DNA of 64,000 nt from positions 3,520,001 to 3,584,000 of the forward strand of contig OY764216.1 in the NCBI GenBank assembly GCA_963668315.1, read 5' to 3'. Position 1 is the stretch's first letter, and every line of letters begins with the position of its first letter. The position numbers and the translations under genes were made by a program. This DNA is from Spirochaetia bacterium (lineage in GTDB: Bacteria > Spirochaetota > Spirochaetia > DSM-2461). The notes under the pieces are model-generated. The model searched no databases, was not told the origin of the DNA, and saw only the letters and a list, made by a program, of their open reading frames with translations. Positions 19,825 to 29,836 of this stretch are shown piece by piece.

Positions 19825-19847
19825 TGCCGGGGCAATTCACCCCGGCA
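19825..19847 (-). terminator. Hairpin downstream of the DUF285 lipoprotein gene
   Basis: TGCCGGGG-N7-CCCCGGCA about 20 nt after the stop codon. Confidence 0.55.
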
Positions 19848-19866
19848 TGATCATTAAACTAAAGGC

Positions 19867-21513
19867 TTATTCAGCGTCAGTATCATCAGCCCAACTGTCC
19901 CAAGGGTGATGAGATTTGGTTAAGGCACAGGTTTCCCCACTGAAGTGGTCATGGACAATATCTTCTGCCACTTTACCGCCCCAGGAAGAGAGGTCCTGAT
20001 TGAAGACCCACGCAGCATTGAACATGTAATCCATATTCGTGACCTTCCTGACATCCCACTCTGAAATATCCTGATTGAAGGAATGGGCAGACCGGAACAT
20101 CCATGGCATTGCAGTGACGTTACTGACATCCCAGCCGGAAATATCCTGATTGAAGGCTCGTGCATAATAGAACATATAACTCATATCAGTGACACTGCTG
20201 ACATCCCAGCCTGAAATATCCTGATTAAACATCCCGCAGTAATAGAACATTCCGTACATTGTTGTGATACTGCTGACATCCCAATGGGAAATATCCTGAT
20301 TTAAGGCTCGTGCCTCATTGAACATATCACTCATATTAGTAACATTGCTGACATCCCACCGGGAAATATCCTGATTGAAATTCCATGCTATGCTATGGTT
20401 TGAATCATAAATGTCCTTAAACAGATTTGACATGTCTGTAATGCCCGAAGTATCCACATGGGTGACATCTTTTTCTGCCAGAATCATGGTTTTCAGTTCA
20501 TCTTTAGTGACGGTTATGAGCACACAGACCGTATAGGTCCGGCTGCTGCCGTCTTCTGCGGTCACCGTGTAAGTCACATCACCCGTAAAGTCGTTAGGGG
20601 TCGAGGCCGAGGTCTGTGCGGTACCATTTACACTGACCGTATCACCGGTGGTAGAGAACGTGGGGATAAGAGTCGTCACATCAGTGCCGTAAGGCACTAT
20701 TACTTTAATGTAGCTCTGGTCTTCGGTAATGACGCCGGTGACATCAGCCGTGAGGGAGCTGTTCAGGGCCGAAGTGAAACCGAAAGCGGTGATGGCTTTA
20801 TAGGGTGTGGGCTCAAAAGTAATCGATACAGTATAGTCTGCCGTTGAACCGTCCTCTGCTGTGACGGTGTAGGTGACAGCATGGGAAAAGTCGTTGGACG
20901 AAACACCGGAAGTCTGGACAGTATCTCCCACAGAAACCGAAACTCCGGTGGTTGAGAAAGTGGGTACCAGATTTGTCAGAACGGTTTCGCTCAACGAGAA
21001 AGGCAGGACGGCTGTAATGGTCCGGTTATTTTCCGAAACCGTGGCGGTGATGTCTTGTTTAAGGGAGCTGTTCGAGCTGGAGGTTAAACTGAAGGAGGTG
21101 ATTTCTTTGGCTGAGTTAAGAGCCTGAGTCACTGTAACGGTGTATTCCGCTGTGGAACCATCCGCAGCCGTAACTGTGTAGACCACACTGCCGGAAAAGT
21201 CGTTGGCGGTGGTTCCGGAAGTCTGGACGGTACCGACTATCGAAAGGGAAACTCCGGAGGTGGTGAAGGTGGCAACCAGTGCCGTAAGGTCGGTGCCGTA
21301 GGGCACGGTCGCGGTAAGAACGGTTCCTGAAATAGTGGCTATAATGTCCGTGGACAAGGCTGTGTTTGTATCAGCGGTAAAAGAAAAGGCTGTGATGCTT
21401 TTTTCCCTTGATTTTACTTCATCTGCTGTATCCAGAAGATTACAGCCCGTGAGGAACAGTGCCAGAACGGCCACTGCCATTAATGCTTTCATGGAAAAGA
21501 AACCCTTACACAT
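19867..21513 (-). CDS. Surface lipoprotein: three ~100-aa Ig-like (DUF5018-like) repeats plus DUF285/BspA-like 25-aa repeats
   Basis: Lipobox LTGC (Cys24). Repeats K.IT.F.F...VPYGTD.T.L..TF.T.G...NDF...V.YTVTA.DGS. C-terminal FNQDISxWDVSxVTxMxxMF repeats. AGGAG RBS. Confidence 0.85.
   Translation of the reverse strand: MCKGFFSMKALMAVAVLALFLTGCNLLDTADEVKSREKSITAFSFTADTNTALSTDIIATISGTVLTATVPYGTDLTALVATFTTSGVSLSIVGTVQTSGTTANDFSGSVVYTVTAADGSTAEYTVTVTQALNSAKEITSFSLTSSSNSSLKQDITATVSENNRTITAVLPFSLSETVLTNLVPTFSTTGVSVSVGDTVQTSGVSSNDFSHAVTYTVTAEDGSTADYTVSITFEPTPYKAITAFGFTSALNSSLTADVTGVITEDQSYIKVIVPYGTDVTTLIPTFSTTGDTVSVNGTAQTSASTPNDFTGDVTYTVTAEDGSSRTYTVCVLITVTKDELKTMILAEKDVTHVDTSGITDMSNLFKDIYDSNHSIAWNFNQDISRWDVSNVTNMSDMFNEARALNQDISHWDVSSITTMYGMFYYCGMFNQDISGWDVSSVTDMSYMFYYARAFNQDISGWDVSNVTAMPWMFRSAHSFNQDISEWDVRKVTNMDYMFNAAWVFNQDLSSWGGKVAEDIVHDHFSGETCALTKSHHPWDSWADDTDAE
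19981..20385 (-). repeat. 75-bp coding tandem repeat (5 full units plus 1 partial)
   Basis: GAAATATCCTGATT recurs at 20063, 20138, 20213, 20288 and 20363 (75-nt period). Confidence 0.9.
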
Positions 21514-21603
21514 AGGATCTCCTTAAGCGGGAATGTTTTCTGGAGAGATTTATAGCAGAGTGGAGAAAAGAAATCGTCCGGGTTTATCATTTGGGACGTT
21601 TTT

Positions 21604-22794
21604 TTATTGACGGGTCAGCAGTACGCAGCTTTCTATATGGCCTGTCCAGGGGAACATGTCCACCGGCTGAATCTCCCGCACTCCGTAACCCTCTTTCCCG
21701 AACCTTTCCAGGTCGACGGCCAGACTCTCGGGGCCGCAGGAAATATACACCACTTTTTCCGGCTTGAGCTTTCCCACGGAAGAGATGAACGCCTGGGACG
21801 ATCCGCTCCGGGGAGGATCCAGAAAAACCACATCCAGGGTCTCTCCCTCCCGGGCCATTTCCGTGATGAACTTTCCCGCATCCCCCTTGAAAAAACGGGC
21901 GTTGGAAATCTCGTTTCTTCTGGCGTTCTGCACGGCGTTCTGCACGGCGTCACCGTTCAGTTCCACGCCGATAACCGACCGTGCTTCCCGGCTGGCGATG
22001 AGACCGATGGTCCCTATGCCCGAATAGGCGTCGAGCACCGTTTCTTTTCCGGTCAGGCCGGCCATTTCGATAGCCTTTTTATAGAGCTTTTCGGTCTGTA
22101 CCGGATTTATCTGATAGAAAGATCCGGGGGATATCTGAAACTTCATTCCGCATAGGGTATCCACGATAAAACCTTTGCCGTAAAGAATGATATCCCGCTG
22201 GCCCAGAACCATGGTGGTGTCCTCGTCATTGATATTCTGGACAATGGTGGTAATTTCCGGATGCTTCTCCCTCAGAACACGGATATAGTTTTTCTTCCCC
22301 GGGAAGAGGGGAGAGGTAACCACAAGGACCACCATGATCTGACCGCTCTGAAATCCCACTTTTATCAGGACATGGCGGAGAAATCCCTGTCCCGTCTTCT
22401 CGTTATAGGCGGTCATCTTGAAGGATTTCATCAGGGATTTGATCGTCATCACGATACTGTCGGCCCGCTCATCCTGAATCAGGCAGCGGTCAATGGGGAC
22501 CAGCCGGTGGCTGTGCTCCGCGTATAATCCGTTTTTCACGCCCTTCCGGGGATCGAAGAGAAAGGTGGAATGGGACTTGTTCCGGTATCCCCAGGGCTCG
22601 TCCATTCCCAGAATCGGGTTGATCCTGCCGAATTTTCCGAGGAGTTTACCCAGCATCTCCTCCTTGAAACGCAGGGTTTCCCCGTAGCTGCGGTCCTGCA
22701 GCTGGCAGCCCCCGCACTGGGCAAAGTGAGGACAGGGTGTTTTATCCGATTTATTTCCGCCGCTGCGGTAACTGGTAGGTTTTGTTCTTTTCAT
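21604..22794 (-). CDS. rlmD: 23S rRNA (uracil1939-C5)-methyltransferase RlmD family (no TRAM domain)
   Basis: CPHFAQCGGCQLQ, YRNK, SFYQIN, DAYSGIG, LDPPRSG, YISC, VDMFPWTGHIE. Start at ATG 22794. Confidence 0.88.
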   Translation of the reverse strand: MKRTKPTSYRSGGNKSDKTPCPHFAQCGGCQLQDRSYGETLRFKEEMLGKLLGKFGRINPILGMDEPWGYRNKSHSTFLFDPRKGVKNGLYAEHSHRLVPIDRCLIQDERADSIVMTIKSLMKSFKMTAYNEKTGQGFLRHVLIKVGFQSGQIMVVLVVTSPLFPGKKNYIRVLREKHPEITTIVQNINDEDTTMVLGQRDIILYGKGFIVDTLCGMKFQISPGSFYQINPVQTEKLYKKAIEMAGLTGKETVLDAYSGIGTIGLIASREARSVIGVELNGDAVQNAVQNARRNEISNARFFKGDAGKFITEMAREGETLDVVFLDPPRSGSSQAFISSVGKLKPEKVVYISCGPESLAVDLERFGKEGYGVREIQPVDMFPWTGHIESCVLLTRQ

Positions 22795-22838
22795 ATGAAT
22801 TACGCTATATTTCCTGCTCAATCTATCATCTATAGGGC

Positions 22839-24128
22839 TCAGAGTTCAAGGTCCACCGACTGGTCGCCGGGGGCCCCGTCATCCAGAATGGAGTCTAGAT
22901 AGGCGTAAAGGAAAGGGTGGGGGTCCTTCCGAAAAAGGTTCAGCCCCTCTTCTCTGAAATCCTCCCGGCTCTCCCGGCCGGAGAAAAAGTTAAGATTCGC
23001 CAGACTGAGGATCCGGGACATTTCATCGATCTCATCCTGTGAATAGGAACTCTCCTCCAGGGCCTTTCTTACCATGCTGTCCGAAGTGCCGATAAAGAAA
23101 TCCCTTAAGGCCCGGGACTGTTTTTCACTGAAAAGAGTCCCCTCATCGGCGAGGCTCACAGCCCTGTAGTTCCACCGATCATTTTCCCGGGAAATGACTC
23201 CGTAATTGTGGGGATAAACGGAGAGGGAATTGGTCGTGATATCCACGATTTTCCCGCCGGGAACAGTCTCTTCCATGATATCCTGAATATGAATATGTCC
23301 CGTGAGTATGGTATAGACGTGAAGGGACGAGAAGAAATCAACAAGCGCCCTGTTGTCGTCTATGGTAAAACCGTCGCTGACCATGATATTGTGTTCCAAG
23401 AGGGGGTGGTGCATGGCTGCCATCATCTCTTTACCCTCAGCCTTTCCTTCCCGCACCGTCTGTTCAATCCACGCCCGTGTTTCCTGTGAAATAACGCCGT
23501 TGCTCACGGGAAAATCATAGGTGAGATTGTTTTCATAGCGGCAGGTATCCAGCATGAGAATCTGAATTCCTTCCACAGGCTCAATCAGATAACTGAGGGA
23601 ATTTTCATCTCGGGAAAGGGCTTCTCCGTATCCGAAGTCACCGTAGAAGGAGGTAAATTCATCGGGTGTCACCGACTCAACCCTGCCGATCCTCTTTTCG
23701 GTGATTTTTCTCGCCCAGGGATTCAGAATATCGTGGTTTCCCGGAATGACATAAACTTCGGTCCCCAGAGATTCTATTTTTTTGAAAAAATCAGCCAGTT
23801 CAAGGTGACTCAGTTTCTCTCCGTTAAAGGTAAGGTCCCCCGTTACCAGAAGAGCGACGGGCCTCCCGCCTTTGACCTTTTTGTAGAAGGCCGAAAGAAT
23901 CCTGTCTATCTGAAGGGTATTTTTTCCATCCCCCTCCTCAATCATCCGGGTAAAGATTTCCCCCCTGTCCCGCAGTTTCCCCGAAAGGAAATGGACGTCG
24001 GTAATGACCCAGATTTCCCGGGAAACCTGAATTTCTTTACTATTCCAGCCCTTTGAACAACCGGTCATGGAAAGAGACAATGAGATGAGAAGAGAAAGAA
24101 GTAAGATGGGAAAAGCCTGTTTTTTCAT
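22839..24128 (-). CDS. Calcineurin-like metallophosphoesterase, predicted lipoprotein
   Basis: TDVH, TGDLT, PGNHD, MHHP, TGHIH. Lipobox MTGC. Confidence 0.85.
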   Translation of the reverse strand: MKKQAFPILLLSLLISLSLSMTGCSKGWNSKEIQVSREIWVITDVHFLSGKLRDRGEIFTRMIEEGDGKNTLQIDRILSAFYKKVKGGRPVALLVTGDLTFNGEKLSHLELADFFKKIESLGTEVYVIPGNHDILNPWARKITEKRIGRVESVTPDEFTSFYGDFGYGEALSRDENSLSYLIEPVEGIQILMLDTCRYENNLTYDFPVSNGVISQETRAWIEQTVREGKAEGKEMMAAMHHPLLEHNIMVSDGFTIDDNRALVDFFSSLHVYTILTGHIHIQDIMEETVPGGKIVDITTNSLSVYPHNYGVISRENDRWNYRAVSLADEGTLFSEKQSRALRDFFIGTSDSMVRKALEESSYSQDEIDEMSRILSLANLNFFSGRESREDFREEGLNLFRKDPHPFLYAYLDSILDDGAPGDQSVDLEL

Positions 24129-24182
24129 GGGAAGATCATATAATACACCGGCAGGGCCGGGCAATAACACAGCCTATCGGAA

Positions 24183-24968
24183 TTATGCTTTTAGCAGGGG
24201 TTTTATCTGATTTATGTAGAAGGACGATCTTTCCAGTTCCAGAGTAATGAAGTGGACATCGGCAATTTCCGCGGATTTTGAATGGTCGATGAGACGGGCA
24301 TTCAGCGTGATGACCCCGTCGGAAGTGCTTATCTCTGCCTGTAAATCATTCGAATCGAGCAAAGGCTGCAGGACGGGCAGATCGACGTATATCATGATTC
24401 TGTTGACAGAGGAACTCATAATACGGCCGGTCACTTTTTCCCCCGTGGAAAGGGAGAGCTGGAGATGTTTGGAAAAACCGATTTCCGCCAGATCCCGATA
24501 GGGATATTTTTTATTCGCGTAAAGGGGCGATTCATAAATTTCCGCCGATTTCATCTCCCATAGAAAATAATATTCAATAAGTTGCAGGTAATCCTGGGGG
24601 GCATACTGATAGCTCAGCGTGATGAGGCATTGGTTATGCCTTTTATTCAATTCCTGAAATTCCTCAATCTTCGCCCTGAAAAAAAGGGGAATCGGTTTGT
24701 CGTATTCGGGGTTGAAAATTTCCAGATGAAAGGTGATGCTGGAAAACTCTTCGCCTTGCAGAAATTCCTGTTCTTTCCTGCTGAGTATCAGCAGAACTTT
24801 GCATCCCTTATCTGAAATCCGGCAGGGAACGCAGGAAAGTTTGATCTGGTCCAGACGGAGAATACAGCGGCTTCTGTTTATACCGAGGATTTTCAATATA
24901 TAGGGATTAATGGTGATAGATCTTTCCCCGAAGATCTGGGGCATTTTTTTTGTACTGTATTTCTCCAT
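24183..24968 (-). CDS. Spirochaete PlzA-like (PilZN3 + degenerate PilZ) protein
   Basis: 261 aa with a two-barrel-like pattern resembling Borrelia PlzA as recalled. Adjacent to diguanylate cyclases. Lacks RxxxR and DxSxxG. Confidence 0.5.
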   Translation of the reverse strand: MEKYSTKKMPQIFGERSITINPYILKILGINRSRCILRLDQIKLSCVPCRISDKGCKVLLILSRKEQEFLQGEEFSSITFHLEIFNPEYDKPIPLFFRAKIEEFQELNKRHNQCLITLSYQYAPQDYLQLIEYYFLWEMKSAEIYESPLYANKKYPYRDLAEIGFSKHLQLSLSTGEKVTGRIMSSSVNRIMIYVDLPVLQPLLDSNDLQAEISTSDGVITLNARLIDHSKSAEIADVHFITLELERSSFYINQIKPLLKA

Positions 24969-25059
24969 GGTTCTATTGTAAACTTTTGCAGGGTAAAATC
25001 AATAAGACCTTCTCTTTTCCTTTGTAAAAAAAATCAGTTTTAAAGGGGGGGAGGGGTGG

Positions 25060-25980
25060 CTAACCTATGGAATAACGGTTCCTGCCGCTGTTCTTGCTTT
25101 GATAAAGAAGGGAATCGATTCTTGTAAAAAGAGACTCTTCGCCGTCATCCCTTTTCATAAGGGTAATGCCGAAGGACGCCGTCACGCTGACCTTATCCTC
25201 CCCGGCCAATAGGAATGACTCCCCGATCATGATGAGGACTCTGTCAAATACGGCGCGAATCTGCTGCTCTTCTGACACACCGGGGAGCAGCAGCATGAAC
25301 TCTTCTCCTCCCCAGCGGCAGACAATATCCTCGTCTCTGAGAGCCTTAACCAGTGTTCCCGCCGTCATTTTAAGAATCCGGTCGCCGAATTCATGGCCGT
25401 AGGTATCGTTGATATGTTTGAAATGGTCCAGGTCACAGATGGCCGCTGCAAAGGGAATTTGTTTATTTCGGTAATCATCCAGAAAATGTTCCAGCTCTTT
25501 GTCGCAGTAACGCCGGTTTCCCACCCTTGTCAGGGTATCCTTATACAGCTCTTCATGGAGAAGGTCGATTTTCCGGCGGGCCATTCTGATTTCCGAAGTA
25601 TCGGTGAAAAGTTCCAGTACCCCTTCCAGTTTACCCGAATCATAGGACCAGGGAACCCCATGCACTTTCACGGGAATACGGTAGCCTTCCTTATGGTGGA
25701 GAAAGACACAGGCTGTCTGCTCCTCCTTTGTATTCATTACATCCATGAGGGGACAGCGTTCACCGCAGAGAAGATGTCCCTCCCGGTCCACATGGTTAAG
25801 AATGTTGTCGGAACACGTCCGGCCCAGAACATCTTCTGCGGAGAAACCGGTTATTCTCTCGGCACTGCGGTTCCAGAAAATGATTTTCCGTTCCAGGTCT
25901 ATCAGGTACGCGCCCTCTTCCAGATTGTTGAGAATCCTCATCATAAAACCGGAGAAAACTTTCTTCGCCATAATTTCCAT
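25060..25980 (-). CDS. PAS-GGDEF diguanylate cyclase
   Basis: PAS (WNRSAERITGF), DTLTRVGNR, DLDHFKHINDTYGHEFGD, RDED I-site, GGEEF. Confidence 0.93.
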   Translation of the reverse strand: MEIMAKKVFSGFMMRILNNLEEGAYLIDLERKIIFWNRSAERITGFSAEDVLGRTCSDNILNHVDREGHLLCGERCPLMDVMNTKEEQTACVFLHHKEGYRIPVKVHGVPWSYDSGKLEGVLELFTDTSEIRMARRKIDLLHEELYKDTLTRVGNRRYCDKELEHFLDDYRNKQIPFAAAICDLDHFKHINDTYGHEFGDRILKMTAGTLVKALRDEDIVCRWGGEEFMLLLPGVSEEQQIRAVFDRVLIMIGESFLLAGEDKVSVTASFGITLMKRDDGEESLFTRIDSLLYQSKNSGRNRYSIG

Positions 25981-25997
25981 TCCCCTTCAAAGAGCAA

Positions 25998-26522
25998 TCA
26001 GGCAAAAATATCGATCTTCCCCCGGGACTGTTCCTGAATCAGCTGCTCCTGAGCTTTGCTTGCCAGACGATAGGCCTGTGCGGCCGTTCTCATATCCCCT
26101 CCCGAAGGGCTGGCTGCGGCATTGGCCGCACTGATAATCGTGCGGGCCTTACTGAGCGTGGCCGCCGGGTCACCGGGAATCTCGGACAGGTCGACGGCGA
26201 TTTTTCCCCCGACGGCAATGGTCTCCCCGCCGGGACCTTTCATGGTATTATAAAGAATTCCCGAATCGGCCGCCGAACCGAGGGCTGCCATATGGGCGTT
26301 TTCATGCCTCCGGACTTCCCCGTTTCTCTCAAGGGCTTCCCGGGAAATCTCCACATCATAATCCCTGTCGGAAAGGGAGAATCCTTCTATTGCTCCGGAT
26401 GAGCCCGTATCGGACGTTTTTTCCGCAGAAACGACGAGAACCTGTTCTCTCTGGCCTTTCCCGGCTCCGAGGGCGGGAGAAGGGGAGGAATAGTTACCGG
26501 AAAAATTATATACGACACGCAT
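25998..26522 (-). CDS. SprA-related/CJM1_0395-family putative metalloprotease
   Basis: EVRRHENAH (HExxH), GPGG...AVGG, GDPAATLSKA, SPSGGD..AAQA. Confidence 0.7.
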   Translation of the reverse strand: MRVVYNFSGNYSSPSPALGAGKGQREQVLVVSAEKTSDTGSSGAIEGFSLSDRDYDVEISREALERNGEVRRHENAHMAALGSAADSGILYNTMKGPGGETIAVGGKIAVDLSEIPGDPAATLSKARTIISAANAAASPSGGDMRTAAQAYRLASKAQEQLIQEQSRGKIDIFA

Positions 26523-26677
26523 AGAGTAGTTTAACTATAATGTAAAAAGAAAGAGAAGAAAAGCAATTTTTATAAAAGATGATTTTCTGATGTCTGGTCC
26601 TGTATCATCAGGCTGTATTTGTAAAAAAAATCTTAAATATTCTTTACAATTACATATTTTTCTATATAAATATTATT

Positions 26678-28393
26678 ATGCCTTATATATGTAAAAAAAT
26701 GATTTTCCTTTCCTGCTTTTTTATTCTGATGAATCAGATTTACTCCATTTCTCAAATTGATTCGGAAGACAGTAATTTCAGTACTTTGACTGCCATGAAC
26801 GATGAGGAGTGGAATTCCCTTATACCCGAAGAAGTGCATTTGTTGTATCAGAACGGTTTGACAGAAGATCCCCCCTTTCGCACAAGCCAGTTTTTTACCG
26901 TGGATTTGATAAATACCGATTTGTCATCCCGTCTGATCCTGGAATTTCAGCCCCAGGTGGAATGGCTTTCCCTTTACTACTATTCACCGTCCTCCCATAG
27001 GTGGGTGGAAGAGATTTCCGGCGATCAGATAGCCATGAATCATAGGTCGATGCCCTACATCTCCGTAATAATTCCCGTGGAGACAGAAAAAAGAGAAGAT
27101 CTCCCCCTATACATATGCGTCAGGGACTTTCAGGAGAAACATGTTAAAATAAGAGTGTTAACTCCCCGGATTTTTTTACTGAACATAGGCCGTCACAATG
27201 CCTTCTATTATTTTGCCTACAGTTTCATTCTCATTATAGCTCTCTATCATCTTTTCCTTTATTTCACCGGTAAAAAGAGGTTCTTTCTTTACTACGCCTT
27301 AATTATGATATGTCTGGTCATGACCCGGATGGGAAAAAACAGAGACTTAACTTATCTCTTTCTCCGGGATTCACCCTACGGGTATTTTGTCTATATCTTT
27401 TTTACTTCCCTCATTGTTATTTTCAGTCTGCTTTTCCTAAAATCCTATTTCAGTCTGTCATGGAAGAGCAGGGAAGGGAAAATCATGGCCATAATGGCTC
27501 TCCTTTTCGCCGCGGCCGCCTCCTTTTCCCTTGTAAATCCCGCCCCTTTCCTGGGGCGGATCATCAATCTGATGATTCTCCCCGTTCTCCTATTCTGCCT
27601 CTTTCTGATCATTCGGGAAAGTGTAGAAAAAAAACTGTCCTCCCGCCTCTTTCTCTTAAGTTTTATTCCCCTGATTGGCGGAGCCATACTGGAGAATCTC
27701 TTTATGTATCTTGACGCCTTACCCATGTACAGGCAGGGTGCCATCACCCTGACGGGTACTGTAATCCATACGATAATGATGAGCTACAGTCTGGCAAAAC
27801 AGCAGTCCGATCTGGACAGGCTTTATGAAGATCTGCGATATTCCTTTAACAATAAGCTGGATTATCATGTGAGGGAACGAACCCGTGAATTGGAAAAAAG
27901 CGCAACCCATGACGGCCTGACAGGCTTATATAATCGTATCAGTCTGGAAAGAACAATTAAGGATTTGGAAAAGAACGCCGTCGGTAAGCTGGGAATTCTC
28001 TTTGCCGATCTTGATAATTTCAAATATTACAATGATGTCTTCGGGCATGATGCGGGGGACCGTATTCTTGTGAAGGTTGCCGTCCATATCAGGAATCAGT
28101 TTCGCCAGCAGGATATGATTTTCCGATTCGGCGGGGATGAATTTCTCATATTGATGCCCGATACAGACTTAGTGCAGGGCGAGAAATTAAGCACCCGTCT
28201 CCATCGGGCGTTTCAGGATCTCATAGAAGAGATTCATAATGAACTGGATGAAGCCGAAGGCTGTCTGGGGATTTCCATGGGGCTGGCATGCTGGCAGCCG
28301 GGAACCTCGCTCAGGGAATCGATTTCCCTGGCAGATCAGAAGCTTCTCTCCGCCAAGGCTGAAGGTAAAAACCGGCTTATGATACATGGGTAA
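26678..28393 (+). CDS. 7TM-DISM-type membrane diguanylate cyclase
   Basis: Extracellular domain, about 7 TM helices, HDGLTGLYNR, DLDNFK..ND..GH..GD, RQQD I-site, GGDEF. Confidence 0.9.
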   Translation: MPYICKKMIFLSCFFILMNQIYSISQIDSEDSNFSTLTAMNDEEWNSLIPEEVHLLYQNGLTEDPPFRTSQFFTVDLINTDLSSRLILEFQPQVEWLSLYYYSPSSHRWVEEISGDQIAMNHRSMPYISVIIPVETEKREDLPLYICVRDFQEKHVKIRVLTPRIFLLNIGRHNAFYYFAYSFILIIALYHLFLYFTGKKRFFLYYALIMICLVMTRMGKNRDLTYLFLRDSPYGYFVYIFFTSLIVIFSLLFLKSYFSLSWKSREGKIMAIMALLFAAAASFSLVNPAPFLGRIINLMILPVLLFCLFLIIRESVEKKLSSRLFLLSFIPLIGGAILENLFMYLDALPMYRQGAITLTGTVIHTIMMSYSLAKQQSDLDRLYEDLRYSFNNKLDYHVRERTRELEKSATHDGLTGLYNRISLERTIKDLEKNAVGKLGILFADLDNFKYYNDVFGHDAGDRILVKVAVHIRNQFRQQDMIFRFGGDEFLILMPDTDLVQGEKLSTRLHRAFQDLIEEIHNELDEAEGCLGISMGLACWQPGTSLRESISLADQKLLSAKAEGKNRLMIHG

Positions 28394-28416
28394 GAAGATA
28401 CACCCCATGCTCGCGG

Positions 28417-29685
28417 TTAAACCGCATCTTTAATGATTCTCTTCACATGGCGCCTCGGTTCCTTCATCCGGGCAAAGAAGAAGAGGGAACAGAGAGAGCA
28501 CACCAGGCAAATGAGAAAAACAGGTCTGTAGCCCCATGTTCTGGCCATCATGGCAAAGACAATGATCAGAAGGGAAGCTCCCCCGACAAATAAACCCACA
28601 AGACCCATATAAACGGGGATCTCATGCTCTTCACCGAATTCCATGGGCAGCGCCTGGGTGCTCACGCTCTGAATGCACAATACCAGCGCTCCCAGGATGA
28701 TCGTGGACAGGGAGATCATATAGCTATCAGAAAAGACGATGACCCCCGTGCTCACCACCAGGGCGGCGGCGGCGATATAGTGGTTGAAGAGATGTCCCTT
28801 TTTGTCGGCGATCAGTCCCAGAAGGGGATTGGCCACGAGAAAAGTCGCCGCCGTGAGAACCGTGAATAACCCTACCGTGCTCCCGGGAAGATCATATTTC
28901 TTCATGATATAAACGGCATAGTAGTTAATGGAAGCGTAGGCCAGGGTATAGAAAACCCGCCCGATGATATAACGGCGCAGATTCTTATTTTCCCGGAGCA
29001 GGAGAACAAGACTCCGGCAGAAATCCTTACGGTTCTGCAGCCGGGGATCCTTCACCTCTTTGCCGTCCGGTTCAATCATATAGTGAAAGACGGGTAGATA
29101 AATCATCAGGATGGCGAAACCGATGAGCATCAGGACAGCGTAATTCCGGGGGGAGGGAACCGTTTCCAGGAGAAGTTTTATCGAGGCGCCGCAGAAAAAG
29201 CCGATGAGGTAACTTAAAAGATTCCTCAGGGCAAATAGTCGCCCCCTCATGGTCACGGGAATAGTCTTCGCCGTGTAGTACAGATAGGAAGGAAGAGACA
29301 TCCCTGAACCCAGATTAACAAGGAATACGGCTATCAGCAGGGAGGCCACCGCCATGCGGGGATACTGTCCGGCCCAGATGAAGCATAGCAGGCCGGAAAG
29401 TCCCCAGGGGATCCTCTGGATAAGCCCTATCTGCACAAGCCAGGGCTTCTGCCTGACAAAGCCCTGAATCCGCCGGGCGACGAAAATGGAAGGAAAAAAG
29501 GCTCCGATATTTTTTAACGCCGGGATAAGGGATATCCAGAAGGAGGAAGCTCCCAGTTCATCCATATAGACGGGAATGATATTTTCCTGGGACAGAAAAA
29601 ACATTCCCAGAAAGAAGGTAATTCCATCGACTGCATTCAAGGCAAAATTACGTTTTACATGTGATTTTTCTTCCATGATCTTCAT
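28417..29685 (-). CDS. MFS transporter
   Basis: About 12 hydrophobic segments, RGRLFA and GLIADKKGH loop motifs. Confidence 0.85.
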   Translation of the reverse strand: MKIMEEKSHVKRNFALNAVDGITFFLGMFFLSQENIIPVYMDELGASSFWISLIPALKNIGAFFPSIFVARRIQGFVRQKPWLVQIGLIQRIPWGLSGLLCFIWAGQYPRMAVASLLIAVFLVNLGSGMSLPSYLYYTAKTIPVTMRGRLFALRNLLSYLIGFFCGASIKLLLETVPSPRNYAVLMLIGFAILMIYLPVFHYMIEPDGKEVKDPRLQNRKDFCRSLVLLLRENKNLRRYIIGRVFYTLAYASINYYAVYIMKKYDLPGSTVGLFTVLTAATFLVANPLLGLIADKKGHLFNHYIAAAALVVSTGVIVFSDSYMISLSTIILGALVLCIQSVSTQALPMEFGEEHEIPVYMGLVGLFVGGASLLIIVFAMMARTWGYRPVFLICLVCSLCSLFFFARMKEPRRHVKRIIKDAV

Positions 29686-29836
29686 GTACTCCTATGTATC
29701 GAAGGACGATTATAGAGTATTTCCCCCTCTTAGAACAGCTCATTGCGCTCTCTAGGCCGACAGTCCCTGCAGATTTATCCGCCCCCAGAAGTTCAAAATC
29801 AGTTGCCCGGCCTGCCGGTTCGATATATAATGGGCC

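Noticed and set aside
19981..20385. Regularly spaced repeats that could look like a CRISPR array or DGR target
   Set aside because: The period is exactly 75 nt, in frame within a CDS, with similar rather than unique spacers. No cas or reverse transcriptase gene is in the window.
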